Of a stretch of 24,989 nt of DNA, positions 1-8,890 are shown in pieces. This DNA is from a bacterium (lineage in GTDB: Bacteria > SZUA-182 > DTGQ01): the NCBI GenBank assembly GCA_040752695.1, contig JBFMGO010000091.1, positions 1 to 24,989 of the forward strand, given 5' to 3'. Each line of letters begins with the position of its first letter. The first letter of the stretch is position 1. Position numbers and translations under genes: made by a program. Below the pieces are notes generated by a model. It ran no database searches. It saw only the letters and a program-made list of their open reading frames with translations, and was not told where the DNA came from.

Positions 1-2
1 GC

Positions 3-1139
3 CCCGTGTCCGCTATCAATTTGGTCGATAACCGGCCGCATATAGATGAAAGATGCATCCTCTGTCAGGCATGCATCAATGCCTGCCCGACGGAGGCTAT
101 CCTTCTTGAGGAAGAAAGAAAGCAGCAACCTGCGCCTTCGGGCCAGGGCAGCTTCGAGGGAGTCTGGATCTTCGGCGAACAAAGAGAGGGGATTATCTCT
201 GAGGTAGTATACGAACTTCTGGGTGAAGGAAGGAAACTGGCCGATAAACTGAACACTCATCTTTGGGTTATCGTCCTGGGGTCCGAAATGAGACCGGAGG
301 CTGAAAAGCTGCTGCACTACGGCGCTGATCTCGTCTGCCTGGTGGATCACCCGGAAGTGCAGCATTTTCACGATGACTCTTACAGCAGAGTCATGAGCTA
401 CCTGATTGAAAAGTACAAACCGGAAATCGTCTTAAGTGGAGCAACGGCCATTGGCCGCTCCTTTATCCCAAGGGTAGCCGTCCAGCTCAAGGCCGGCCTG
501 ACGGCAGACTGTACGGCCCTTGACATAGAGCCTGAGCAAAGGCTCCTGTTACAAACCCGGCCTGCTTTCGGCGGCAATATCATGGCTACCATCGTTTCGC
601 CTTTCCACAAGCCACAGATGGCGACCGTGCGTCATAAGGTAATGAAAAAGGCAGTCTATTCCGATACGGTCAAAGGCACGGTCCGTATGGAAACGGTACC
701 TGATGAGCTCCTTTCATCGAGGACGCACATAGTCTCTCTGGTCAAAGACCTGACCGAAAAGGTCAATCTGGCTGATGCGGATATCATTGTCGCCGGAGGC
801 AGAGGATTGGGAGGGCCGCAGAATTTCGACCTGCTGCATGATCTGGCTCATACGTTGGGAGCTGCCGTCGGCGCGTCGCGCGCAGCCGTGGATGCGGGCT
901 GGATTCCCTACTCGCATCAGGTGGGCCAGACAGGAAAGACTGTCTGTCCCAAGCTTTACATCGCCTGCGGTATCTCAGGAGCAATTCAACACCTGGTGGG
1001 GATGCAGTCCTCTAATACCATTGTAGCTATTAACAAAGATCCCGATGCACCGATCTTTTCAGTAGCCGATTACGGGTTAGTAGGAAACCTGTTCGAGGTT
1101 GTGCCTTCCCTCACAAAAAAGCTCAAGGAGGCACGCTAA
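3..1139 (+). CDS. etfA: Electron transfer flavoprotein alpha subunit with N-terminal 4Fe-4S ferredoxin domain (5' end outside the window)
   Basis: The frame is open from the window edge ([C]PVSAI). It has CILCQACINACP, GLTADCT, RPAFGGN, PQMATVR, and the FAD-domain motifs GGRG, GASRAAVD, QVGQTGK, GISGAIQH, AINKD. Confidence 0.95.
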   Translation, partial: PVSAINLVDNRPHIDERCILCQACINACPTEAILLEEERKQQPAPSGQGSFEGVWIFGEQREGIISEVVYELLGEGRKLADKLNTHLWVIVLGSEMRPEAEKLLHYGADLVCLVDHPEVQHFHDDSYSRVMSYLIEKYKPEIVLSGATAIGRSFIPRVAVQLKAGLTADCTALDIEPEQRLLLQTRPAFGGNIMATIVSPFHKPQMATVRHKVMKKAVYSDTVKGTVRMETVPDELLSSRTHIVSLVKDLTEKVNLADADIIVAGGRGLGGPQNFDLLHDLAHTLGAAVGASRAAVDAGWIPYSHQVGQTGKTVCPKLYIACGISGAIQHLVGMQSSNTIVAINKDPDAPIFSVADYGLVGNLFEVVPSLTKKLKEAR

Positions 1140-1140
1140 A

Positions 1141-2073
1141 GTGAAGACCAGGACCGCTTTCATTTTTCCCGGCCAGGGTTCACAATTCGTAGGAATGGGC
1201 AAAGATATCGCCGGGGCTTACCCCGAGGCACACCGTGTGTTCGAGGAGGCAGGGGAGGCTTTAGGCTTCGATCTTGAGAGGCTCTGTTTTGAAGGACCTG
1301 AAAAAGAATTAGGATTGACAATAAATACACAACCTGCTATATTGGCCGTCAGTGTTGCCCTATGGCGAGTAGTGCAAAAAGCAGGCATCCAACCCGATTT
1401 TGTGGCCGGACACAGCCTTGGAGAATACAGTGCGCTGGTGGCTGCGGAGGCTTTCTCGTTCACCGATGCAATAAAGCTCGTGAGAGCCCGTGCTCACTAT
1501 ATGCAGGATGCCGTGCAGGAAGGCAAAGGAGCAATGGCCGCCGTTTTGGGCTTATCTGAAGAAAAAATCACCGATCTTTTTGAATCATTGCATATTCAAA
1601 AGCAGGTTTTTATCGCTAACTTGAATTGTCCAGGACAGATCGTCATTTCAGGAAAAAAAGAAGCGGTTGAACTTTTCATGAATAAAGCGCAAGATATGGG
1701 TGTCAGATGTATCTTGCTGGGTGTCAGTGTTCCATCACATTGCCCTTTGATGGATACGGCGGGCACGCTCTTGGAGGAACAACTCCACGGTGTTCAGATA
1801 GATCAGCCTAAAATTCCCGTGGTGACCAATGTAGATGCAAAGATCATTACCGAAAGGGACGATGTTCTGCCCGCTCTGGTCCGGCAGATTTCCAGCATAC
1901 TGCGGTGGGAAGAATCAATGCTCCTGTTAATGAAAAAAGGTGTTGAGGTTTTTGTCGAGATTGGCCCGGGCAGGGTCTTATCCAACCTCCTGCGTCGAAT
2001 AAATCGGCAGGTAAAGACCCTGAATGCGCAAGATCAGGCTGGTTTGCAGCAGGTGCTAACCCTGTTGAGTTAA
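1141..2073 (+). CDS. fabD: Malonyl-CoA:ACP transacylase
   Basis: FPGQGSQ, TQPAI, catalytic GHSLGE, VSVPSH and EIGPG. GTG start at 1141 with AGGAGG at 1126-1131. Confidence 0.97.
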   Translation: MKTRTAFIFPGQGSQFVGMGKDIAGAYPEAHRVFEEAGEALGFDLERLCFEGPEKELGLTINTQPAILAVSVALWRVVQKAGIQPDFVAGHSLGEYSALVAAEAFSFTDAIKLVRARAHYMQDAVQEGKGAMAAVLGLSEEKITDLFESLHIQKQVFIANLNCPGQIVISGKKEAVELFMNKAQDMGVRCILLGVSVPSHCPLMDTAGTLLEEQLHGVQIDQPKIPVVTNVDAKIITERDDVLPALVRQISSILRWEESMLLLMKKGVEVFVEIGPGRVLSNLLRRINRQVKTLNAQDQAGLQQVLTLLS

Positions 2074-2090
2074 TAAGGATTGTAACCCTG

Positions 2091-3467
2091 ATGAAGAATG
2101 GCTTCCATTACCCCAGGAGAGCGGTAAATCTATCTTACCAAAAATTCAATCATCAGGAAGAAGCAGGCTATATTCTCCTTACCTATTCTTTCCTTATCTC
2201 TTTTACTGTAATCATGTTTGCCGTAGGATACCTGAATTACCAGGAAAACCAGATACGTCTGATCGAGAGGGAAATCTGGTCGACGAGAGCCTTTTATATC
2301 GCTCAGGCTGGTCTTTATCGGGCTGCAAGGGAAATTTCCCGAAATCCTGAGGTCACATCGGGGGAGGATAGCTTTGACGAAGGAACCTATAGGTGGGAAA
2401 AAGACACAGAAGACCCTTTGCGCCTGAGAGCCATCGGACAATATGGAAGCCCGGACGGCAGCCGGGTGGTACAAAGGACACTGGAAGCCAGAATAAGCCA
2501 GGGAAGAGAGCCGGCTCTCGACTCTCCGGCACTGTACGTTCATGAGAGACCTCTTTTTTCCAATCTTCCTGGAATTATCGATGGAGGAGCTAATTATGCC
2601 CTCCAAAGCAGTGATGTAATCAGAACCGAATTGTTCGACTGGATACCTATTGCCCTCGAAAGCGGAAAAGATAGTCCCTACCTGGGAAAACAAGACCTTA
2701 TAGGCAAGGATGGTAAGACAAATTTCTATAATGAAATCGAGTCCTGGATCAGAAGTCAATTGGCAGTGCAGAACCCGTATCGAGATCCCAATTCGTTGAA
2801 CTATCCGCTTAAAAAAGCTCCATCATTTACCCAGGATCCCATCCCTCAGAGATATAAAGAAGGTCCCTATGAAAAAGTCTATACAGACTCAGACAATTTC
2901 CCAAACAATAATTTTTATGGTATAAAAATATTGAACACTACTGGTTGGAAGGCAGTCGAATATGCTGATTTAATTGTCAGAAATGAGCAACGTGGATTGC
3001 AATTGCCCGGAGGGAATTATTACTTGAAGAAGCTTGAGGTGAAAAATAATACTGTTCTCAAGGCGGAGAAAGGCAAAGAAGTAATCCTCGTTTGCGATGG
3101 GAACGTAATCTTTGGAATTAAGAGCCACGTCGGTGAAAGCGGTCAGGCCAAGAATCTTTCCCTGCGATGCTATAGAACAGGCTCGGTAATTGAAATCAGA
3201 GAAAACTGCGAGTTTTTCGGAACGATTCTGGCCCCTCATTGCCACCTCATATTGTGGCCTGGAGTCAAACTTGCCGGAAGCTTTGTGGTCAGGTCGCTTG
3301 AGTTTAGGCTTTCAGGGAATACTAGGGTGCCCTGGAGCATCACCTACGATAAAGATTGTCGTTTCTGGGCTAACGATATAGACCCGAACCCTTCTCAGGA
3401 GGACAGTCTTTCACTCACCGACTGGCATGAGTTCAAGGAAATCAATGACAATCCTTCCTCACCCTGA
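2091..3467 (+). CDS. PilX-like (minor pilin/pseudopilin N-terminus) exported protein with beta-rich C-terminal domain
   Basis: EEAG|YILL followed by a hydrophobic helix, then RAFYIAQAGL..A, typical of PilX N-terminal domains. The C-terminus has a beta-solenoid-like FFGTILAP...LAGSFVV stretch. Confidence 0.65.
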   Translation: MKNGFHYPRRAVNLSYQKFNHQEEAGYILLTYSFLISFTVIMFAVGYLNYQENQIRLIEREIWSTRAFYIAQAGLYRAAREISRNPEVTSGEDSFDEGTYRWEKDTEDPLRLRAIGQYGSPDGSRVVQRTLEARISQGREPALDSPALYVHERPLFSNLPGIIDGGANYALQSSDVIRTELFDWIPIALESGKDSPYLGKQDLIGKDGKTNFYNEIESWIRSQLAVQNPYRDPNSLNYPLKKAPSFTQDPIPQRYKEGPYEKVYTDSDNFPNNNFYGIKILNTTGWKAVEYADLIVRNEQRGLQLPGGNYYLKKLEVKNNTVLKAEKGKEVILVCDGNVIFGIKSHVGESGQAKNLSLRCYRTGSVIEIRENCEFFGTILAPHCHLILWPGVKLAGSFVVRSLEFRLSGNTRVPWSITYDKDCRFWANDIDPNPSQEDSLSLTDWHEFKEINDNPSSP

Positions 3468-3516
3468 CAGTATCCCGTAAAAGGGTACTCAAAAGAACAA
3501 AAGGTGAAAATAAAAT

Positions 3517-4257
3517 ATGAATTTAAAAGAGAAGGTCGCTTTTATTACTGGAGCAGCTCAAGGGATTGGTAAGGAAATAGCTTTGACCCTGGCCAGAAAC
3601 GGTGCAAAGATTGTAGCTACTGATGTAAACTTAACGTTACTCCTCGAAAATGCAGATGAATTCCAAAAAATCGGACAGGAGTATCTTCCCCTGGCCATGA
3701 ACGTTACCGATGAGCGGCAGGTGAATGAAGCCGTAGCTCAGGCTCTTGAAAAATTCCAGAGAATCGATATTCTTGTCAATAATGCCGGCATCACCAGGGA
3801 TTCTCTTATCCTGCGTATGTCAGAAGCTGCATGGGATGCGGTCCTCTCGGTCAATTTGAAAGGGGCTTTTCATTGTACGAAAGCTGTTGCACGCCCTATG
3901 TTGAAACAAAAAAGCGGAACGATTATCAACGTAGCCTCTGTCGTCGGAGTAATGGGCAATCCAGGACAGGCGAATTACTCCGCTTCAAAGGCAGGCCTGA
4001 TCGGATTGACCAAGACGGTAGCCCGGGAGTTGGCTGGCAAGGGCATTACAGTCAATGCCGTTGCTCCAGGTTATATCGATACCGATATGACCAGAGCCTT
4101 GCCTGAGGCCGCCAGAGCTAAACTTGAAGATGCAATTCCGCTCAAAAGACTGGGGACTATTCAGGATGTGGCTCACACGGTTGCTTTTTTGGCCTCAGAT
4201 GAAGCGAGTTACATCACCGGGCAGATTATCAATGTCAATGGCGGCATGTATATGTGA
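3517..4257 (+). CDS. fabG: 3-oxoacyl-ACP reductase
   Basis: TGAAQGIG, NNAGITRD, YSASK, VAPGYI and VNGGM; fab operon context. Confidence 0.97.
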   Translation: MNLKEKVAFITGAAQGIGKEIALTLARNGAKIVATDVNLTLLLENADEFQKIGQEYLPLAMNVTDERQVNEAVAQALEKFQRIDILVNNAGITRDSLILRMSEAAWDAVLSVNLKGAFHCTKAVARPMLKQKSGTIINVASVVGVMGNPGQANYSASKAGLIGLTKTVARELAGKGITVNAVAPGYIDTDMTRALPEAARAKLEDAIPLKRLGTIQDVAHTVAFLASDEASYITGQIINVNGGMYM

Positions 4258-4449
4258 TTCATAAAGGGGAGGGGAGCGAGGAGAGCGGGAAGAGAGCGGA
4301 ACGTACTAAGGAAAAGAAACGCTACCTAGAGCGTTTAACAGGAACGGTAAGCATACGGAGTTGAGAAATCTTTTATAATTGATCATAAGACCTTTGAATA
4401 ATAAGGATAATGATCAAAATTTGATTCTAAATTAAGGAGGTTACATACG

Positions 4450-4701
4450 ATGGCAGCTTCAATTGAAAATCGGGTGAAAGAGATTATTACGGAACAATTA
4501 GGAGTGGATGAAAAAGAAGTTACAGCAGATGCTTCTTTTATCGATGATTTAGGCGCAGACTCTCTGGATACTGTTGAGCTCGTTATGGCCCTGGAAGAAG
4601 AGTTTGACATTGAAATTTCCGATGAAGATGCAGAGAAAATCATTACCGTAAGTGATGCAGTCAATTACATTACTGAAAACGTCAAAGAAGAGTCTGCATA
4701 A
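4450..4701 (+). CDS. acpP: Acyl carrier protein
   Basis: [20 protein letters not shown] (phosphopantetheine serine); AAGGAGG Shine-Dalgarno upstream. Confidence 0.98.
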   Translation: MAASIENRVKEIITEQLGVDEKEVTADASFIDDLGADSLDTVELVMALEEEFDIEISDEDAEKIITVSDAVNYITENVKEESA

Positions 4702-4717
4702 ACTGCAAGGGGGAACT

Positions 4718-5962
4718 TTGAAAAGACGGGTTGTTATAACCGGACTCGGGGTAGTAACCCCATTGGGAACGGGAGTTGAAAAATTTTGGGAAGCACTTTG
4801 CGCCGGCAAATCAGGGATCAGACTGATCACCCGTTTTGATACAAGCAATTATGCCAGTAAGATTGCCGGTGAAGTAACTGATTTCAATGCAGAGGACTTC
4901 ATACCAAAAAAAGAAATCAAGAAGATGGATCCTTTTATCCATTATGCGCTTGCAGCTTCAATCATGGCTATGGATGATGCAGGAATTACCATCGGTGAAG
5001 AGGAATCCAGACGGTTTGGTGTGCTGGTTGGAGCAGGCATCGGTGGACTTTCCACCATCGAAAAGTACCATGCAGCGGTATTGGAGCATAATGGTCCCAA
5101 AAAGATAAGTCCGTTTTTTATTCCCATGCTGATTATCAATCTGGCCTCTGGCCAGATTGCTATTCGCCATGGCTTTAAGGGACCAAACTCAGCAGTGGTT
5201 ACTGCCTGTGCTACGGGAACCCACGCTGTTGGCGATGCGTTCAGGATCATCTGCCGCGGAGACGCTGACGGCATGATTGCCGGAGGAGCCGAGTCGGTCA
5301 TTACTCCTATGGGAGTGGGTGGCTTTTGTGCCATGAAAGCACTTTCATGCAGAAATGATGAGCCTGAAAAGGCAAGCCGCCCCTTTGATAAAGATCGTGA
5401 CGGGTTTGTGATGGGTGAGGGTGCCGGCCTTGTTTTATTAGAAGAAATGAATCACGCTTTACGCCGTGGAGCAAAGATCTATGCCGAGGTAATCGGCTAT
5501 GGCATGTCCTGCGATGCCTATCATATTTCCGCTCCGGACCCGGCCGCGGACGGTGCCTCCCTCTGCCTGCACAATGCTTTAAGAGACGCACAGATTGATC
5601 CTTCCGAGGTCCAATACGTTAATGCACATGGGACATCAACCGATCTCAACGACCGGTGCGAGACCGAGGCGATAAAAAAGGTCTTTGGCCCACACGCCTA
5701 CCGGCTTCTGATCAGCTCGATTAAATCCATGACCGGCCATCTCCTGGGAGCTGCCGGAGGAGTTGAAGCCGTGACCACTGCCTTGACCGTTTCCCGTGGA
5801 ATTATTCCGCCTACGATCAATTACGAAACTCAGGATCCTTTTTGTGACCTGAACTATGTTCCTAATCAATCTCAACGGCATGATGTACGGATAGCCATCT
5901 CGAACTCGTTTGGCTTTGGAGGAACCAATGCCACGCTGGTTTTAAAAAAGTTTGAACCTTAA
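4718..5962 (+). CDS. fabF: Beta-ketoacyl-ACP synthase II
   Basis: [16 protein letters not shown] (catalytic Cys), [15 protein letters not shown] and [11 protein letters not shown] start at 4718 after GGGGG. Confidence 0.97.
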   Translation: MKRRVVITGLGVVTPLGTGVEKFWEALCAGKSGIRLITRFDTSNYASKIAGEVTDFNAEDFIPKKEIKKMDPFIHYALAASIMAMDDAGITIGEEESRRFGVLVGAGIGGLSTIEKYHAAVLEHNGPKKISPFFIPMLIINLASGQIAIRHGFKGPNSAVVTACATGTHAVGDAFRIICRGDADGMIAGGAESVITPMGVGGFCAMKALSCRNDEPEKASRPFDKDRDGFVMGEGAGLVLLEEMNHALRRGAKIYAEVIGYGMSCDAYHISAPDPAADGASLCLHNALRDAQIDPSEVQYVNAHGTSTDLNDRCETEAIKKVFGPHAYRLLISSIKSMTGHLLGAAGGVEAVTTALTVSRGIIPPTINYETQDPFCDLNYVPNQSQRHDVRIAISNSFGFGGTNATLVLKKFEP

Positions 5963-6734
5963 CGCATTTTTTAAAGAAGTCACAAAAGAAATAAATATAC
6001 CAATTGTTATGGATGAAGAACGAATTTACCGATTGCAAGAACTACAAGATAGTATCCAGTGTCATTTTACCAACCTCGCTATTCTCAACCAAGCCCTGAC
6101 TCACAAATCTTACGCCAATGAGGCCAAGGATAGAAATCTCTTTATCGAAGACAATGAGAGACTGGAATTTCTTGGCGACGCTATTCTCTGCTACGTAATT
6201 ACCGATTTCATTATGGAAAAGTTTCCCGAATATACCGAAGGAATGCTCTCAAAGCTGCGGGCTCATCTGGTAAGTGAGAATATCCTTGCACCCATTGCCA
6301 TCAAAAGTAATCTCGGGAATTATCTTTTATTGGGCAAAGGTGAAGAAAGCAGCGGAGGAAGATCGAAAAAGTCGATCCTCGCTGACTGTCTTGAGGCCCT
6401 GTTTGCCGGTATCTATATGGATCAGGGACTCGGTGCCGTAAGGAGTTTTATTATCCATAATTTCCTGCCCTATATCGAGGAGGCTACTCAAAAAAACTTT
6501 ATCCCCGATTTTAAAACCATTTTGCAGGAATATGCCCAGGGAAAGCTGAATTGTACGCCGATTTATCGGGTAACCAGTCAGAATGGTCTCGATCATGAAA
6601 AAATCTTTGAAGTGAAACTAACCATTGACCAAATGACCTACGGAACCGGAGAAGGAAGAAGCAAAAAAGAGGCAGAGCAGAAAGCAGCCTACCATGCTTT
6701 AAAAAAGATGAACATTGATGGATTAGACTTCTAA
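5952..6734 (+). CDS. rnc: Ribonuclease III
   Basis: [22 protein letters not shown] and the dsRBD motifs DFKTILQE...[12 protein letters not shown]. True start may be ATG 6009. Confidence 0.96.
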   Translation: MNLNAFFKEVTKEINIPIVMDEERIYRLQELQDSIQCHFTNLAILNQALTHKSYANEAKDRNLFIEDNERLEFLGDAILCYVITDFIMEKFPEYTEGMLSKLRAHLVSENILAPIAIKSNLGNYLLLGKGEESSGGRSKKSILADCLEALFAGIYMDQGLGAVRSFIIHNFLPYIEEATQKNFIPDFKTILQEYAQGKLNCTPIYRVTSQNGLDHEKIFEVKLTIDQMTYGTGEGRSKKEAEQKAAYHALKKMNIDGLDF

Positions 6735-6804
6735 CCGCTTTGTGCGAATAGTCGGCATAAAAAGACGACTGCCGCTGCCACAAAAATGGGGATTTTCTCT
6801 TAAA

Positions 6805-6848
6805 AAAAGCTCGCTTTCAGACCCTCTTTGGTCTGAAAGCGAGCTTTT
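6805..6848. terminator. Bidirectional intrinsic terminator
   Basis: Perfect 19-bp inverted repeat AAAAGCTCGCTTTCAGACC-ctcttt-GGTCTGAAAGCGAGCTTTT with an A-tract on the left and a T-tract on the right, between convergent genes. Confidence 0.9.
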
Positions 6849-6879
6849 CATTTTACGGCATCGATACATTCATGACAAC

Positions 6880-8787
6880 TTATAACGACCACCAGGGCTG
6901 TACATCAAGAGTGAATTGAGCCGTGTTCCATCCTCCGCGAGAGTCGTAGGCTGTAATCTGCACTTGGTATAAACCGGGGAAATAGGTCAGGAATGAGAAA
7001 ACCGCTCCCCCTCTATACATTCCGTAGGCAGACCGCCCGTTGAGACTTCCATCCGCGTTGAGCTGATTCTCTACTCCTTCTTTTGGAAGTTGAGTAATCA
7101 TACCAATATTGCAGGAGTAGTAGATAGGCTCCAGGTCAGGATCGTAGAACTCTACCGGAATAGAAAACAGTTGCCCTGCCATCGCTATCTGAGGGCTGTC
7201 AATATCTTCACCCAGGACTGGTGCATGGTTCAGCCAGCTACCGGAACCAGCCACTATCAGGGTGTATTCAGCTATGCTGCTCAGGCCGCGGGTATCTCTG
7301 GCGACCACAACGATCTGGTGTACCCCTTCGAATTGAGGGTGAAAAGCGATACGCGGTGTTGTAGGTTCAGGGATAAGATCCTCCTGGTAAGGCCCGTATC
7401 CATAGTAAGACATTCCATCGATATATGCTGTAAAGGTGACATTACCGCTTGCACTTCCAATCCCGGCATTATCAGATTTCCCAAACTGGTCTTTCCGGTA
7501 ATCCTGATCATAGCAGCTAAAATATTTTTCATATATATCAGAGCTTCCGAGGACGTAGAAGTCATCCTCCATCTGTTCCAATCTGGGAGGATGATTAACT
7601 ACCGGATAATTCACAACGGTCATCGGAAAAACCTCTATATCGCTTAACGCTCCCATGTCGACCACTCGAACGGTAATGATCAGCTCTTCAAGGGTTTGAG
7701 GAACATAGGTCAGTAACACCATATTGGATTCAACATCGGGATCTTCGATGCTGCACGGTGCAATGTACTTGCCTTTAAATGGAATGGAAGTGGGGGTATT
7801 CACCAGTTTTATTCTGGATATCATATTGGAGCTTGCAGACCCTTGAGCACCCCATCCGCCGATAGTAGCGATAAAATTCAGCTTGGGATTTCCAAGAGGT
7901 GGTGGCTGTGGCAGATCGATATCGTTTGCCTCGATAACCAGACTGAAGGGAACGAACAGTTGAGCGTATTGCGGTCCAATTTTCTGAAGCTTGGGAGGAT
8001 GATTGGTAATTACTGCCTTGCTGTCATGAAACCAGATATTATCTACTTTATATCCATTGCCATAGATCCTGATCCAGTTAACCTTGGAATCTCCTCCGCC
8101 AAAGCCGTTTGAATAATTTCTGATCCCGTCATCGGCCAGATCGATATCTTCATCCATGTCACGCATTATCATATGCCAGGTACCGTCCTGGTATTGCCTG
8201 CCGAGATTGACCACGATATAGGCAGGAGTGTTTTCCGTGTTTCCTCCTGCCGGAAAGCCTCCTGTTTCCAGTTCCGGGGCTTCAGTTTCATATCCCAGGC
8301 CAACGGGGCGGTAGCCTAAGACTGCATAATGCCCGGTTCTGGTTCTCAGTCCGACCTGAAACTCGAATTGATCCCATTGTTCCAGACCGACCCTTGATGC
8401 GATATTAAAGGAGACAGCCTGGTGCAGGGTAATCGATTTGGAAGCTCCTGACTGGTCACGATATGATACGTTATTATTCATAATCCAGAAGCGTTCAAGG
8501 CGGTTAAACACTGACGGATTGGATGACCATACCTCCATAACCCGGCTTCCTTCCGAGTAGTCAAGGATAGTATGCAGGTCTCCGTATCCGACACCATATC
8601 CATAGTAGGGGTATGAATAGCTGGAAGTTGTCCAACCCCAATTTTGCGGACTATCCCAGTATTCAAAGTCCTGCCACCTGATCGTTTCAGCCGCTGCGTT
8701 ATGATAGATCAGAAAAAGCATGGCCAGGCACAATAATCCGAATAACTGCTTTCTCATCTTCAATTCTTTCAGAAACCTTATGCTCAT
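6880..8787 (-). CDS. Secreted protein: N-terminal beta-sandwich domain plus three cadherin/Ig-like domains
   Basis: Signal peptide (RKQLFGLLCLAMLFLIYHNAAA|E). Three domains start NHPPKL, NHPPRL and NHAPVL, with D.D and V...D..G motifs. AAGGAG SD 7 nt before the ATG. Confidence 0.75.
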   Translation of the reverse strand: MSIRFLKELKMRKQLFGLLCLAMLFLIYHNAAAETIRWQDFEYWDSPQNWGWTTSSYSYPYYGYGVGYGDLHTILDYSEGSRVMEVWSSNPSVFNRLERFWIMNNNVSYRDQSGASKSITLHQAVSFNIASRVGLEQWDQFEFQVGLRTRTGHYAVLGYRPVGLGYETEAPELETGGFPAGGNTENTPAYIVVNLGRQYQDGTWHMIMRDMDEDIDLADDGIRNYSNGFGGGDSKVNWIRIYGNGYKVDNIWFHDSKAVITNHPPKLQKIGPQYAQLFVPFSLVIEANDIDLPQPPPLGNPKLNFIATIGGWGAQGSASSNMISRIKLVNTPTSIPFKGKYIAPCSIEDPDVESNMVLLTYVPQTLEELIITVRVVDMGALSDIEVFPMTVVNYPVVNHPPRLEQMEDDFYVLGSSDIYEKYFSCYDQDYRKDQFGKSDNAGIGSASGNVTFTAYIDGMSYYGYGPYQEDLIPEPTTPRIAFHPQFEGVHQIVVVARDTRGLSSIAEYTLIVAGSGSWLNHAPVLGEDIDSPQIAMAGQLFSIPVEFYDPDLEPIYYSCNIGMITQLPKEGVENQLNADGSLNGRSAYGMYRGGAVFSFLTYFPGLYQVQITAYDSRGGWNTAQFTLDVQPWWSL

Positions 8788-8890
8788 AACATGTCTCCTT
8801 CCTTTTCCTCGGGGGGGCTTCTTTAGGGCCTCTCTTTTCTTTTTACGGTTTTCTCTCTTATCTCTATTTATATGTTTATGGTGTTCCCGG

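Noticed and set aside
1099..1140. ORF-track N-terminal extensions for fabD, fabF, lspA, lgt, the anti-sigma and the last LTxxQ gene
   Set aside because: They overlap upstream genes; downstream starts with good SD sequences match the expected protein N-termini.
2130..2759. 209-aa antisense ORF (likewise 12910-13608, 17857-18546, 21825-22529, 23387-23926 and other overlapping ORFs)
   Set aside because: They overlap well-supported genes on another strand or frame and show no recognisable motifs; treated as shadow ORFs.
4258..4449. ncRNA in the purine-rich fabG-acpP spacer
   Set aside because: Low-complexity GAGAGCGG-type repeats without stable pairing; more likely promoter/spacer sequence.
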